A DNA stretch of 64,000 nucleotides from Defluviitaleaceae bacterium (GCA_009785555.1 WQWB01000003.1:2280-66279), one strand, 5' to 3'. Shown: positions 44,854-54,300, counted from the stretch's first letter. Numbers and translations are program-made. Notes: generated from the letters alone by a model not told the origin.

Positions 44854-46221
44854 CTACCTGTACTTGTTCAAATATCCGTGCTTGCTCTGCCTCTTACGGC
44901 GTATTACCTTAGTAATCACATACACCGCAATAACTGAAACCAACGCAAAGATTATCCAATAAGGCACAGCGGAGCGGGTAAAGAAAATGCCGACGAAAAT
45001 GTCAAAATGGTAATCTATATCCGAAATAATCGTACGTTCCCGCACGCTGTGCGCCGCAATAAGCGACCCATGGTAAATTATCCTATCACCCACGGAGTAG
45101 GTAATAGTCGCCACAACCTGCCCTTCCGTTATTGGTGCCCGAAGCAGGTTTACCCCATTTTCCCCAAGATAAATAAGCCCTTCCACAAAAACAATATCGC
45201 GCTTCAAATTTCCAAGCATATCCGTGCTCATAAAATACCTAACGCCTTCGGTTATAGACAGGTACATAATGTACGGGTCCTGCCTGCGCGGATTGTACAT
45301 GCCAATCTGATATACATAATCGCCAGCATAGGCGAAAGTGAACGTATCAAAAAAGTTAAAGCCATATTCAAACAACGCAGTGGCGTCGTGCCACCTGCCC
45401 GGATCCGGCGAATTGCCGATTATGGCGATCAGCTCCCTGTCGCCTTGCCGCGCTGTTGCCGCTAAGGTATCACCCGCCGCAGCGGTAACGCCCGTACGCA
45501 TACCAGTGGCGTATGGGTAGAAAAACTCGCTCGCGCTTCTAATCAATTCATTTCTGGTGTGGCGGGTATGGCCACGCATCCAAGTCGTTTCGCCAGAGAC
45601 TTGGCGCAAAAACGGGTTTTGCATCGCGCCGCGCACGATAAGTGCCATATCGTACGCCGTGGTAACGTGGTTTATGTTATGCGCGCCCTGTGCGTTTACG
45701 AAACTGGAGTTAAACGCCCCAAGCTCCCGCGCCTTCGTATTCATAAGCGTTGCAAACCGCCGCTCCGCGCGAACCCAGGTTACGTCGCTCTCTCCATAAT
45801 AACTCCGCGCCACGTTTATGGCAAGAATGTTAGCCGAATCCGCGCCCGACAGGAAAAAAGTGGCGCGGATAAGCTCTGCAACCGTAACCTCCTCGCCTAC
45901 CGTATGGTGCGTGCGCGCCGCGCCCTGCGGCGTTTGGTTAATCTCGTTGCCTGCAATAAGCACATCGCTTGGCTCAAAAAAATCAAGCACTACAAGGGCG
46001 GTTATAATCGCCGTCAACCCAGCAGGGTACATACGCGCGTGTTCGTTATACCCAAAGGCGACGATACCCGTCTCCGCATCCATCAAAACGGCGCGTTGCG
46101 CGGCAATTTCCGGCACGGCATAGCCATCCGCCGCATCGGCGTAAACATTTGCCGATGCTTGCAATGCATAAATTATAATTAAAATCGCAATCAATTTTCT
46201 ACGAAACAATCTAATCACCAA
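44854..46221 (-). CDS. PBP5/DacB-like (S11) protein with substituted catalytic motifs; C-terminal TM anchor
   Basis: Aligns by eye to DD-carboxypeptidases, but SxxK reads GLTA (...MYPAGLTAIITAL...), SGN reads SGA (...FLSGADSAN...) and KTG reads RTG (...GMRTGVTAAAG...). Confidence 0.7.
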   Translation of the reverse strand: MVIRLFRRKLIAILIIIYALQASANVYADAADGYAVPEIAAQRAVLMDAETGIVAFGYNEHARMYPAGLTAIITALVVLDFFEPSDVLIAGNEINQTPQGAARTHHTVGEEVTVAELIRATFFLSGADSANILAINVARSYYGESDVTWVRAERRFATLMNTKARELGAFNSSFVNAQGAHNINHVTTAYDMALIVRGAMQNPFLRQVSGETTWMRGHTRHTRNELIRSASEFFYPYATGMRTGVTAAAGDTLAATARQGDRELIAIIGNSPDPGRWHDATALFEYGFNFFDTFTFAYAGDYVYQIGMYNPRRQDPYIMYLSITEGVRYFMSTDMLGNLKRDIVFVEGLIYLGENGVNLLRAPITEGQVVATITYSVGDRIIYHGSLIAAHSVRERTIISDIDYHFDIFVGIFFTRSAVPYWIIFALVSVIAVYVITKVIRRKRQSKHGYLNKYR

Positions 46222-46399
46222 CTAAGATTTTATAGGATATTCTTTAACAAAGAATGTAATTAACGCACAAAACTCACCATGCAAATCATTATTTATACTT
46301 ATAAACCAAAAAACACATTCAAATAGCATGACAAAGTATAGTAAGTACTTTCATTCTTCAAAAGTAATGCTTATTTTCTAGTATTTGTTCTTTAAAGCA

Positions 46400-47374
46400 T
46401 TATAATAAGCCTTTGTACTGAAAACACATATCCAAAACGATATCTGTCTCATTATTACTATTAAACATCTCGATAACATATTTTAATGCATCAATACATA
46501 TTTCAATATCAGTCCTATTCGCATTTACACTTTCATGAACAATTTTATTTCGTCTTTTTCTGAACTTATCAACTCTTTTGAATTCGAAACTGTTCATTTC
46601 TCCACTAATCTCCAGTATATTAAGCTTTTCACTTACAGCATAATCTAATATTATTTTCCTTCTTTCTTTGTTGACTCCTTTAATCTCAAGAAATCTATTA
46701 AGTCGTTCGTTAACATAGAACTCAATAATAAACCAAGATAGTAACAACGAAACCGATAAATGAGCTTTATGATATTCACATAGACTTTTCATAATTAACG
46801 ACAAAATCTTTATTTTTTCATATGAATTAATAATTTTCAATAAATTATCTTCCATTAAACCTATAACACTTTTATCCAAAACATCATAACTCTCTCCAAG
46901 AACAAGAGTTTGCTTAGATATAAATCTTTGAGGGAAATGCTCCTTTCCGAATCCTCCCGGAACATTCGAATGAATAAATTTACTATTTTCAAAAGTAACA
47001 TTAGCGCAATCTGAGTTTGTTATTTCATGAATATCAAAATAGTAAAAGTTTTTTTGTTTGTAATAAGATGAAGTAAACACTAAGTATATTGCGTTCAAAT
47101 AATTTAAATACTCATTCCAAAGCTCTAAGTCATCATTTACATATTGAGAATTATTTTGACGCTTTGTGTTTTTATGTTCTATATCTGCATTATAGAACAT
47201 AATCATACCATCTTTTGCAATTTTTAACTTGCATTGTCCCATATTTATAGAATATTCTATTGCACTCATTATTTTCATATAAGAATCATCATCGATATTT
47301 TTAAAATTTGGAATATCTCCTGCCCAATATTTTTTCGAAGGATAAAAAGCAATAAACATTTCTTTTTGTTTCAT
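46400..47374 (-). CDS. hypothetical protein with C-terminal HEPN-like RNxxxH motif
   Basis: Very AT-rich 324-aa ORF. ...FRKRRNKIVHES... (codons at 46552-46535) inside a predicted helical C-terminal region. No family recognised for the N-terminal 230 aa. Confidence 0.4.
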   Translation of the reverse strand: MKQKEMFIAFYPSKKYWAGDIPNFKNIDDDSYMKIMSAIEYSINMGQCKLKIAKDGMIMFYNADIEHKNTKRQNNSQYVNDDLELWNEYLNYLNAIYLVFTSSYYKQKNFYYFDIHEITNSDCANVTFENSKFIHSNVPGGFGKEHFPQRFISKQTLVLGESYDVLDKSVIGLMEDNLLKIINSYEKIKILSLIMKSLCEYHKAHLSVSLLLSWFIIEFYVNERLNRFLEIKGVNKERRKIILDYAVSEKLNILEISGEMNSFEFKRVDKFRKRRNKIVHESVNANRTDIEICIDALKYVIEMFNSNNETDIVLDMCFQYKGLL

Positions 47375-47527
47375 ATTCGTTCCTCTGTCAACATATTTTT
47401 ACTTGCATCATTTTCATTGATACATATATAACAATTCGCATTCACGATTTGAATGATATTTATCTACTTCCACGTCTCATTGTTATTAATGCAATAATTG
47501 TATTAAAGCGCTGCGTGTATGTCACTT

Positions 47528-48178
47528 TCACTCTCGACGAATTGTGTTATATAATTCATTCATATTTTTTACAACGGCATCAGCCCCCGCACCCAAAAGT
47601 TCTTCATTGGAACCAAATCCCCACAGCACACCAATGCACGGTATACCATGTGCCTTCGCGCCGATTATATCGTACTTTCTGTCACCAACCATAACAATCT
47701 TCATTTTGCGTTCTTTGTCAAGGGTATCAAGCACGTGGGCAATAACCTCCGCCTTGTCCGACCTCGCCCCGTCAGCCTCCGCACCGGCAATAAAATCAAA
47801 ATACGCCAACAGTCCAAAATGTTCAAGCACCTCAACAGCGAATTTCAGCATCTTTGATGTCGCAACTGCCAATATCTTGCCATCCCGCTTTAATTTATAC
47901 AGTAAATCCGCTATTCCCGGATATATATAGTTTTGAAAGAGGCCTTGTTCAGCTTGATGTTTACGGTATATCGTGATGGCCTCCTCGATTTCGGCACTAT
48001 CATCGCCTAAAATAATTCTCATGGTATCGCGAAGCGGCGGGCCGATGTATTCGTCAAAATTAAAGCCTTCCGGGATGGATGCGCCCACGGTTTTCATCAT
48101 GTAGAGAAACGAGTTTATTATACCATCCTTAGGGTTTGTAAGCGTACCGTCCAAGTCAAATAGAATAAGGTCGAACAT
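47528..48178 (-). CDS. HAD-IA family hydrolase (phosphoglycolate phosphatase-like)
   Basis: Motif I ...ILFDLDGTLT... Motif III/IV ...VMVGDRKYDIIGA... Confidence 0.8.
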   Translation of the reverse strand: MFDLILFDLDGTLTNPKDGIINSFLYMMKTVGASIPEGFNFDEYIGPPLRDTMRIILGDDSAEIEEAITIYRKHQAEQGLFQNYIYPGIADLLYKLKRDGKILAVATSKMLKFAVEVLEHFGLLAYFDFIAGAEADGARSDKAEVIAHVLDTLDKERKMKIVMVGDRKYDIIGAKAHGIPCIGVLWGFGSNEELLGAGADAVVKNMNELYNTIRRE

Positions 48179-48187
48179 GCCAGCCCC

Positions 48188-48763
48188 CTAATGGATTAAA
48201 TGCGGGCCGCGAACGAGAACCCACACTTCGCCCTGCGCAACGATACCGCGCCCGTCTGACCGCGGTATAATGATCATATGGTTTACGGGGATCTGCCCGC
48301 TCATGATGTCAACACCGGCGGTAACGTCGCTAAGGCCGTTTGCGCCCGGTACAATGGCGTTGGCCACACCGCTGCGCACGATAATCTCCGCCCCTTCGCC
48401 GCCTATAAGGCGTTGACCCCAAAACAGCTGCACAGGCTGCCATGTTTGTGCCATTTGTGGTTGCGGCGGCTGTTGCTGCAATTGCTGCTGGATTATCTGC
48501 ACTACATCCGACACGATCTGTGCGCGCTGGGTATCCGTAAGGTTAAATTGCTGCTGCCCGCCTTGGCCAAGGTTTGTAGAAACCAGCATAACCAACTCGC
48601 TGCGAAGTGCGGCAAGCTGCTCTAACACGAACGACTGCGTAACGATTGGATCGCCGGATGAACCTGGCACCGCACCCGTTGCCTGCAAGGCATTGCTTCC
48701 AGTTAAAAATAAAAGCGCGATTATGGCAATGCACAAAATATTTCTATAAGGTCTTTTCATCAT
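48188..48763 (-). CDS. hypothetical secreted Gln-rich protein
   Basis: Signal peptide. QQQLQQQPPQPQ tract. Beta-rich C-terminus. 4-nt overlap with the fucosidase gene. Confidence 0.4.
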   Translation of the reverse strand: MMKRPYRNILCIAIIALLFLTGSNALQATGAVPGSSGDPIVTQSFVLEQLAALRSELVMLVSTNLGQGGQQQFNLTDTQRAQIVSDVVQIIQQQLQQQPPQPQMAQTWQPVQLFWGQRLIGGEGAEIIVRSGVANAIVPGANGLSDVTAGVDIMSGQIPVNHMIIIPRSDGRGIVAQGEVWVLVRGPHLIH

Positions 48764-49776
48764 AACCGCACTCCACCTTCCGCTACTTTTAATAAAATAT
48801 CCTGTGAGATTGATGGAATACGCCCCAAAGCATCCGGGCCGACGTTAAGCAAATAATTTATACCCATTGCGTTTAACCGGTTCTTTATATCCAAGATTTC
48901 CTCTGGAGTTTTCCAATTATGATCAAAATACTTGTATCCCCACGTGTCGTTTAATGTGGCCGGCGTCTCGTAAAGGTCAGTTGGTGAATACCTAAACCCG
49001 GTGTGCCGCAACACGTCCGACGGGTCAAAGCTTTCGGGCCTGCTATCCGGTATTTCGTTGTCGTCAAGCGAGACATAGTCATATACCCCATTACCTATAC
49101 GGGAGTTTATTAAGCAATTTGGCTGGTGTTTTTTTACAAGCTCGCGCAGTTCGATACTTTGCTTCTTAGATATCGTCCAAGGTGTATCAAACCATATGAG
49201 GCACAGATCGCCGTAATTGGTAAGTATTTCCTCAACCTGCGGTTTGATCTTACGTTCAAAGCATTTAGCGTAATCCTTTGCGGCAATGTCCGGGAAATCC
49301 CAGCCGTTGGAACAGCCCGGATCCAGCTTTGCCTTATCGTAACCGCCGCCGCCGTCCGGCTCGTGCCAGTCTATATCCTGGGAATAGTATAACCCCAGCT
49401 TAATACCATGCTTATAGCAAGCCTCCGCAAGCTCCGCAATGATATCCCGCTTAAATGGCGTTGCGTCCACTACATTGTATTTATCCACTTTCGAGGCAAA
49501 AAGCGCAAAGCCGTCATGGTGCTTAGACGTTATGACTATGTACTCCATTCCGCATTTTTTGGCAAATAGCACCCATTCCTCGGCATTAAAATAAATCGGG
49601 TTAAAGGCCTTGGCAAGCTGGGAATATTCCGCCATGGGTATACGTAAATGCTGCTGTATCCATTCGCCGATATTATTGGTGCGCCGGCCTTTCCACTCAC
49701 CGCCCAATATGGAATACAACCCCCAGTGAACCATCATGCCGTATTTTGCCTGCTTAAACCACTCTTGATTGTTCAT
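48760..49776 (-). CDS. alpha-L-fucosidase (GH29 catalytic domain)
   Basis: ...WFKQAKYGMMVHWGLYS...SKHHDGFALF... GH29 pattern. ATG 49776 behind GGAGGG preferred over the GTG at 49791. Confidence 0.75.
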   Translation of the reverse strand: MNNQEWFKQAKYGMMVHWGLYSILGGEWKGRRTNNIGEWIQQHLRIPMAEYSQLAKAFNPIYFNAEEWVLFAKKCGMEYIVITSKHHDGFALFASKVDKYNVVDATPFKRDIIAELAEACYKHGIKLGLYYSQDIDWHEPDGGGGYDKAKLDPGCSNGWDFPDIAAKDYAKCFERKIKPQVEEILTNYGDLCLIWFDTPWTISKKQSIELRELVKKHQPNCLINSRIGNGVYDYVSLDDNEIPDSRPESFDPSDVLRHTGFRYSPTDLYETPATLNDTWGYKYFDHNWKTPEEILDIKNRLNAMGINYLLNVGPDALGRIPSISQDILLKVAEGGVRL

Positions 49777-49901
49777 ACCTATACCCTCCACCGATTTTTC
49801 TCCAGTTTATCATAAAATAAAGCCAATTTCAATATATAAATAAAAAAGCAAACACTGGCATAGTATCTGCTTCTTTACGTCTAACGATAAAATTCTAATG
49901 C

Positions 49902-50654
49902 TTATCTCGCAAACTCAAATGTTATGCTTACGTTTGCCGTTACGCCAACTTGACCAACCTGCACGCCGATTGTGCTATCAAGCGACATTTCGGCAACCAT
50001 TCCTGCACGGGCAAACAAACCGCCTGTACCGCCCCAAAACGGATCAAACCAACCTACGGATTCGGTGAAAGCAATCGGTGCTCCGAGTTCCACGCCAAGC
50101 GCAGCTGCGGCAACCTCTGCGCGGGCAATAGCGTCTTTGATAGCAAGCTGCATTGCTTCATGGTAAAGAGCAGAATTATCGCGCACAAGGAAGTTTATCC
50201 CGCTGTTTTGATTGCTACCAGCTTCCGCCGCTGCGGTCAATACATAGCCGATAAGGTCGATATCGTTGATCGTGATGGTAAGCGTATGTGTTACGGAGAA
50301 ACCGACGTGTACCGGACCTGTAAGCTGCGTGCGGGCGTCAATAACGCGCCATTCCGTTTCCGGCCACATGCTGTATGACGATGTCTGTATGGACTCCTCT
50401 TCAATGCCGAGGGCTAAAAGAGCTTCAATGATAGCGTCGATGATAACCACGTTTTCACCGATAGCTTCGGCGGCTGTCGTGCCGAACGTTCTCGCGCCAA
50501 GCTGCACCATTGCCATGTCCGGGTCGGCGGCTATGCTGCCCGTGCCGTTTACGTTAATCGTGCCGATCGCGGGTGCGGGTGCGGCATGCGCGGTTACCGT
50601 AAGCCCAAGCACCATGGTTAAGGCCAGCGCAATTGCAAAAATTCTTTTTTTCAT
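49902..50654 (-). CDS. SIMPL/DUF541-domain secreted protein
   Basis: Signal peptide. ...TINVNGTGSIAADPDMAMVQLG... start typical of SIMPL-domain proteins. Confidence 0.55.
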   Translation of the reverse strand: MKKRIFAIALALTMVLGLTVTAHAAPAPAIGTINVNGTGSIAADPDMAMVQLGARTFGTTAAEAIGENVVIIDAIIEALLALGIEEESIQTSSYSMWPETEWRVIDARTQLTGPVHVGFSVTHTLTITINDIDLIGYVLTAAAEAGSNQNSGINFLVRDNSALYHEAMQLAIKDAIARAEVAAAALGVELGAPIAFTESVGWFDPFWGGTGGLFARAGMVAEMSLDSTIGVQVGQVGVTANVSITFEFAR

Positions 50655-50808
50655 TAATGTTTCCTCCGGTTTATTTTATTTTGAGAATCGATTCGTTACT
50701 TATACGAAACAGATAAATCTTTTGTTCCAAAAATATTTTATGTTTATAAGTAGTAAATATTCCCGCCAATAAATTCCCGGAAAAATTAAAGCATACCGCA
50801 ATTTTAAA

Positions 50809-50895
50809 GCAGAGCTTGATTGGGTAAAGCGTAAGCGTCCCAGCCTGTTCGTAGAATAACTACGCATGTAGTTATTCTACGAACATTCCTCTATA
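50809..50895. repeat. family 1 element, right-half copy
   Basis: ...GCGTCCCAGCCTGTTCGTAGAATAACTACGCATGTAGTTATTCTACGAACATTCCTCTATA. Matches the right part of 22143..22289. No left terminus. Ends 7 nt from the araC-family gene stop. Confidence 0.7.
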
Positions 50896-50901
50896 ACTTA
50901 A

Positions 50902-51816
50902 TCACTTATTCAATATTGGCAGCCAAACTTCCCAAACATAATCCGGGTGCTGTCCATTCTTGTCTATAGGGTACACATCAAGGTTAGGAGCCAATTCATC
51001 GCGCCTGTATTGGCTTGTGGGTAGCCATTCGGTCAATATTCTCGTATAGGCCTCGTTATGCTGATTTCTACCCGTTATTGACCGTATGGTAAACACGGCC
51101 CACGTCGCGGCGGGTATCGTTTCAATGGTTAAATCCGCTCCTTCAGGTATTTTGCCTTTGTATTCCGCCCCGAGTATCGCTTTAACCGACCCGTTCGGCG
51201 CATTGAAATATCTTAAGCTCTGATCTGAATCAAGGAAGAATGCGGCAACCTCCCAAAACGGCGCACTGTAATGGTTTTTACAAAGAAGATAATTCTTCTC
51301 ATAATATTCTTTCCATAAATTTGGCATTGAGACCTTTGAACCGTCCCCCTGCGTTACCTCAATGAACTCATCAGTTACTTGCCCCGACAAACCCATAATT
51401 TGAAAGCTTTCCTTCTTTTCGATTCTAAAATCCATTTCGTTCACTCCTTTTATTGTGAGTACGAAGGCGATTGACGGATAGGTTTTCAAAGATATGCCTG
51501 TTCTACGGGCGGACGAAGGCGTTGTGCCGTGCAGTTCCTTAAACGCCCGCGCGAACGTCGTCGGAGATTCATAGCAGTATCTCAAAGCAATGTCTATAAT
51601 TTTGTCAATGCCGTTTTGAATGTCGAAAACGGCTTGCGACAACCTCCTGCGGCGTATATACTCCGAAACGGAAATTCCCGCCATGAATGAAAATATTCGA
51701 GAAAACTCATAAACGGAGCAGCCGACAATTCTTGACAACGATTCATACTTAATCGGCCGCGTAAGATTTTCCTCGATATACTCAATAACGTCGTTCATAC
51801 CCTTAAGCCAATCCAT
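50902..51816 (-). CDS. AraC-family regulator with GyrI-like effector domain
   Basis: AraC HTH (...LSRIVGCSVYEFSRIFSFMAGISVSEYIRRRR...CYESPTTFARAFKELHGTTPS) followed by a GyrI-like domain. Start moved to ATG 51816 behind GAGAGGAGGG. Confidence 0.8.
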   Translation of the reverse strand: MDWLKGMNDVIEYIEENLTRPIKYESLSRIVGCSVYEFSRIFSFMAGISVSEYIRRRRLSQAVFDIQNGIDKIIDIALRYCYESPTTFARAFKELHGTTPSSARRTGISLKTYPSIAFVLTIKGVNEMDFRIEKKESFQIMGLSGQVTDEFIEVTQGDGSKVSMPNLWKEYYEKNYLLCKNHYSAPFWEVAAFFLDSDQSLRYFNAPNGSVKAILGAEYKGKIPEGADLTIETIPAATWAVFTIRSITGRNQHNEAYTRILTEWLPTSQYRRDELAPNLDVYPIDKNGQHPDYVWEVWLPILNK

Positions 51817-51943
51817 GCAATCCCTCCTCTCACCTATAATCATAAACGAAAGGCAATTAATTTTCCCTACATCTTTTGCTAATATCGGATAGCTTTACAA
51901 AAACAGTATTATAAGTACTTCTACCTATAACTCCATGTACACC

Positions 51944-51966
51944 GTAGGGGCGGAACTGTGTTCGCC
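51944..51966 (+). repeat. REP unit (GTAG + hairpin), copy A, 3' of the RayT gene
   Basis: GTAGGGGCGGAACTGTGTTCGCC. Confidence 0.7.
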
Positions 51967-51980
51967 TATGCACCAATATA

Positions 51981-52475
51981 TCAGACATAGTAACAATCTT
52001 CCTCCCATTTAACTATGTTCATATCTATATATAACCAAATGCGCTGATAATCGGCTTCGTTACGAATAATATGATCATGGAAAGATCTCTGCCAAATCGA
52101 AGAGCCTATCTTTTTTGTGATTGAACCTTTAAACTGCTTAATTATCCGCGACACCGTAGGGGCGAACTGTGTTCGCCTTGATACTTCCTGCCCGTTCACA
52201 TTAATAATTATTATCATATGAATATGGTTTGGCATTATAACATATTTATCAACATTTACGGAATCATAAGTTTCGGACAGAATACCTATCTCTTTTTCTA
52301 TTATTTTCCCTTGCGCGGATAGGTTTTGGTGGATGCCCTGGCGAACGCAGTTCGCTCCTACGTTGCCTAAAAGTTTTTGTCTGCCTTTTACACAAATTGT
52401 AACAAAATAACACCCATTTCTCGAATAATCATAATCTTTTAGCCTGTTAGGCTTTCTTCTAAGTAATTCATCCAT
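51981..52475 (-). CDS. REP-associated tyrosine transposase (RayT / IS200-like Y1 HUH family)
   Basis: ...YDYSRNGCYFVTICVK..., HUH motif ...MPNHIHMII..., C-terminal Tyr region ...FHDHIIRNEADYQRIWLYIDMN... 164 aa. Flanked by REP hairpins. Confidence 0.8.
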   Translation of the reverse strand: MDELLRRKPNRLKDYDYSRNGCYFVTICVKGRQKLLGNVGANCVRQGIHQNLSAQGKIIEKEIGILSETYDSVNVDKYVIMPNHIHMIIIINVNGQEVSRRTQFAPTVSRIIKQFKGSITKKIGSSIWQRSFHDHIIRNEADYQRIWLYIDMNIVKWEEDCYYV

Positions 52476-52496
52476 AAGTAAACCCCCTCAGTTACT

Positions 52497-52567
52497 GTAG
52501 GGGCGAACTTCGTTCGCCTAGCCGCTCAAGTATTCAGCATGCACTGGCGAACACAGTTCGCCCCTAC
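52497..52567. repeat. convergent REP pair (copies D and E) 5' of the RayT gene
   Basis: GTAGGGGCGAACTTCGTTCGCC (52497-52518, + orientation) and GGCGAACACAGTTCGCCCCTAC (52546-52567, - orientation). Confidence 0.75.
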
Positions 52568-52575
52568 GAAAATAC

Positions 52576-54219
52576 TTACGAATAATAAATACTTCCGCCG
52601 ATAAACTCCCTAAGGATCGACCCCTTCGGCACCTCGTCAGGCGGTAAGGAAACAAATGAGTCTAAATAACCTAAGAGGCGTACCGCGTCTGGCTTGCTTG
52701 GGTCGTCGTCCGCTATATTAAAGAGGAGTGGCTCGACGTACTGCTTCATCACGCACATTTCATAAACAAGCGCGGAGTTGAACATCACGTCAGCGTTCTC
52801 CTGCCAAGGGAAGATGTTTTTCTCCTCACCGCGCGCCACGTTCTCCCACATGGCCATCGTACGCACCGCGTCCGTCGCTCTCGTACGCATGTCCCTCACG
52901 ATGCGTCGCAATAACCGCGTATCAGACGTGGGTATGCGGTTATGTCTATCCAAGTTTATCTGCGTCATCGCACTTATGAATACTTTAAACATTTCAACTG
53001 ACGGCACTTGGTATACAAGCGCTTCATTAAGGGCGTGTATACCCTCCAAAATAAGTACACCTTTCGACCCAAGCTTAAGCGTATCGCCGCGGTACTCACG
53101 TATACCTCGTTGGAAATTGTACGTCGGCAGCTCCACCGTTTCGCCTTTAAGCAGCCGTACAAGGTCTATATTAAGCTGTTCGCAATTTACGTGTTTAAAA
53201 TTTTCAAAATCCGGTTTGCCTAGCTCATCTAACGGGACGTCTTTAGCGTCGTTAAAATAATTGTCGAGCGATATGACGTGCGGCTCCAAACCCAATACGC
53301 GGATCTGCACGGCAAGCCTATGGGCAAAAGTGGTTTTACCCGACGAGGAAGGACCCGCGATAAGCACGATATGCTTACCCTGCGCGTGTATTGTGTCCGC
53401 GATTGCGGCGATGCGTTTTTCGTGCAGTGCTTCGTTTACGCGGATGATATTACCGCCTTGACGGTTGCAAATGGCATTGTTCAACGCGCCGACATATTCC
53501 ACGCCCATGACCTTAGACCAGGCAGACGACTCCTCATATACGCCGCGTATCTTTATAAGCGATGTAACGTCCGACAGCGGCTTTGCACTTACGGGGTTTG
53601 GCAACCTGAGGATAAACCCGTTCCTCTCCGGAATCAGCTTAAAATCACGCAAATACCCAGCGGATGGGACGACAGGTCCGTACAGACACGCCCAATCATC
53701 GCCCATCTTATACATGGAGACGAACCCCGCGCGGCGGTAACGCAATGTATTTAGCGTCACCTCATCACCGCTTACGGAAAGAATCGCCCTTGCGCGGCGT
53801 ATTGACATAACTTCGCGCACTATCGGCAAATCGTCCTCCACGGCGCGGAGCATGGCGGACTCGATTTTCTCCGTAATGGTTTGCATATCGGTACCAGCAT
53901 CAAGCCCTGAAATGGCGCAGGAAAGGTTTTTATTGACGGAATGCCTTACGTCCACATCCGCTTTTGCGCCGAAAACGTTTTTAGCTGCATACATCATCAA
54001 AAGGGCGGCTGAGCGTTGGTAGATCATATGCCCCTGCCTACCGTTTATATCAATCGGCTTGATTTCGCAGTCTTCATATACCGCATCCGTCAGCTCTGTC
54101 AGGGCGTTGTTGCATACGCAGCCAAGTACGCCACGCTCCATCGCGTCAGGCATAAGGTCTAGTATCTTTGTACCCGGTTGCGCTTGAATTTGGTTGTTGC
54201 CTAATTTGATCGTTATCAT
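52576..54219 (-). CDS. uridine-kinase-family protein with ThrRS-like N-terminal (TGS-type) extension
   Basis: P-loop ...LIAGPSSSGKTTFAHRL... in the C-terminal half. N-terminal ~270 aa begin like a TGS/ubiquitin-like domain (MITIKLGNNQIQAQPGTKILDL). Confidence 0.65.
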   Translation of the reverse strand: MITIKLGNNQIQAQPGTKILDLMPDAMERGVLGCVCNNALTELTDAVYEDCEIKPIDINGRQGHMIYQRSAALLMMYAAKNVFGAKADVDVRHSVNKNLSCAISGLDAGTDMQTITEKIESAMLRAVEDDLPIVREVMSIRRARAILSVSGDEVTLNTLRYRRAGFVSMYKMGDDWACLYGPVVPSAGYLRDFKLIPERNGFILRLPNPVSAKPLSDVTSLIKIRGVYEESSAWSKVMGVEYVGALNNAICNRQGGNIIRVNEALHEKRIAAIADTIHAQGKHIVLIAGPSSSGKTTFAHRLAVQIRVLGLEPHVISLDNYFNDAKDVPLDELGKPDFENFKHVNCEQLNIDLVRLLKGETVELPTYNFQRGIREYRGDTLKLGSKGVLILEGIHALNEALVYQVPSVEMFKVFISAMTQINLDRHNRIPTSDTRLLRRIVRDMRTRATDAVRTMAMWENVARGEEKNIFPWQENADVMFNSALVYEMCVMKQYVEPLLFNIADDDPSKPDAVRLLGYLDSFVSLPPDEVPKGSILREFIGGSIYYS

Positions 54220-54241
54220 AAATGAACCCTCTTAATCTATA

Positions 54242-54300
54242 TATAGAGGAATGTTCTCAGAGTAACTTCATGTGTAGTTATTTCAAAGTAATTCCTCTAT
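54242..54300. repeat. family 1 element, short variant
   Basis: TATAGAGGAAT (54242-54252) ... ATTCCTCTAT (54291-54300), with a different 38-nt interior. Confidence 0.65.

Noticed and set aside
50266-50772. 168-aa + strand ORF
   Set aside because: Antisense shadow of the SIMPL-domain gene. No RBS.
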